Of a stretch of DNA of 64,000 bases, positions 62,920-64,000 are shown one piece after another (positions within the stretch are counted from its first letter, which is position 1; each line of letters begins with the position of its first letter). The DNA comes from Octopus sinensis (Eukaryota). The stretch is taken from the NCBI RefSeq assembly GCF_006345805.1, contig NC_043006.1, positions 42,966,001-43,030,000 of the forward strand, in the 5' to 3' direction. The notes beneath the pieces were generated by a model, which was not told where the DNA came from, made no database searches, and was given only the letters and a program-made list of their open reading frames with translations. The position numbers and the translations under genes were made by a program.

Positions 62920-63282
62920 GCTGTGCTTACCTTGGACCATAGGGCGACCTGCTGTGCTTGTGGAGACCTATTAGTCAAGTACATCAACATCAAAAATCAA
63001 ATGAAAATTGTAGTTGTGATACCTGTGCCGGTGGCATGTAAAAAGCACCATCCGATCGTGGCCAACGTCAGTGCCGCCTTGACTGGCTTCCATGCTGGTG
63101 GCACGTAAAAAGCATCCACCACACTCATGGAGTGGTTGGCATTAGGAAGGGTATCCAGCTGTAGAAACACTGCCAAATCAAACTGGAGCCTGGTGCAGCC
63201 GCCTAGCTTCCCAGATCTCAGTCGAACCATCCAACCCATGCTAGCATGGAAAACGGACGTTAAATGATGATGATGATGATGA
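62920..63282 (+). mobile_element. RTE 3'-end fragment
   Basis: Colinear with 49510-50373 but with about one minisatellite unit; ends GGACGTTAAAT(GAT)n. Confidence 0.85.
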
Positions 63283-63740
63283 TAGATAGATAGATAGATA
63301 TAGATAGATAGATAGATAGATAGATAGTAGATAGATAGATAGATAGATAGATCGATATAATTGGAAAAGGATGCATAGTGTTCGATCATATAATAATATA
63401 AATATATAATTTTATTTAATTTGCTTTGCAGGAAGGACTGTTTCAATGAAGTTGCGTATTGTCTTTGTATTCGAAATGCGGAGCAGATGAAACAGGGACA
63501 ACTGAAGAAGGGAAATATTCTTTACATTGTATGTCTCGTTTCTCTGCTTGTTTTTTTCGTTGTTTGAAAAAAAAGTTCATTTTCTATGTTTTTGTTTTTA
63601 TGTTTTCATTTCTCATTGTGTTCAACGTTTTTTTGATGTCCTATACTCACATATGCATGCATATATACATATATATAGGTATGTAGATATATGTATGTAT
63701 ATATGCATATATTTATATATTATTTATATATATATATATG

Positions 63741-64000
63741 TCAGGTCACTTTCGAGTGCTACTGGTAACATGTAATCCAGTACAACCTGTTGCATGGTAG
63801 GGTCGTCGGCGACTAAACTGGCAACCCCACCAAGTTTGCTTGCTGAGGAGGGTGTTTATTGGACACCCTGCGGGATGAAAAACAAAGCCCGTTAAAGGGC
63901 GGAGGAACTCTTGAGAGACAACGGCCATCCAATAAATGTCTTAAGGCTGTATCATGTGCGGGGCCATAGAAATAATCGGACTGAATACCCAATCGCGCAG
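63741..64000 (+). mobile_element. Probable 5' end of a non-LTR retrotransposon (runs off the window)
   Basis: Abrupt switch from (TA)n to GC-richer structured sequence beginning with an HDV-like fold; no ORF visible within the window. Confidence 0.4.
63765..63821 (+). ncRNA. Degenerate HDV-like ribozyme candidate
   Basis: P1 GUAACAU/AUGGUAG (5 of 7 pairs), P2 CCAGU/ACUGG (5 of 5), P3 ACA/UGC (2 of 3) with L3 ACCUGU, GG for P1.1, P4 UCG-UCGG-CGA, J4/2 CUAA; elements in the correct nested-pseudoknot order. Confidence 0.45.

Noticed and set aside
63843-63890. CTGAGGA followed by a 6-bp GGGTGT/ACACCC hairpin
   Set aside because: GAAA does not follow the stem directly and there is no cleavage triplet; not a hammerhead.

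Overview
AT-rich, microsatellite-dense animal nuclear DNA, intronic or intergenic, with no confidently identifiable host gene. The SINE and LINE families present are most consistent with an octopus (coleoid cephalopod) genome; this is an inference from recognised repeat families, not a database result. Main contents: (1) a near-intact ~4 kb RTE-clade LINE (APE + RT) with a C4HC3 PHD finger inserted inside the RT and a 62-bp VNTR in its 3' UTR, plus about a dozen 3'-end fragments of the same family with (GAT)n tails; (2) a young Penelope-like element (PLE; YRDD RT + C-terminal GIY-YIG) bracketed by ~350-bp inverted pseudo-LTRs, each with a minimal hammerhead, plus six decayed PLE fragments; (3) a ~360-bp direct-repeat-bounded unit with an essentially canonical Type I hammerhead ribozyme, a retrozyme candidate; (4) a degenerate HDV-like ribozyme fold at the probable 5' end of a non-LTR element at the window's right edge; (5) at least four tRNA-headed SINE families, mariner/Tigger/piggyBac-type relics and foldback MITEs. 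Nearly all ORF-track entries outside the retroelements are translations of microsatellites or SINEs. Coordinates of decayed repeats are approximate (about +/-20 bp). All alignments, folds and translations were done by eye.
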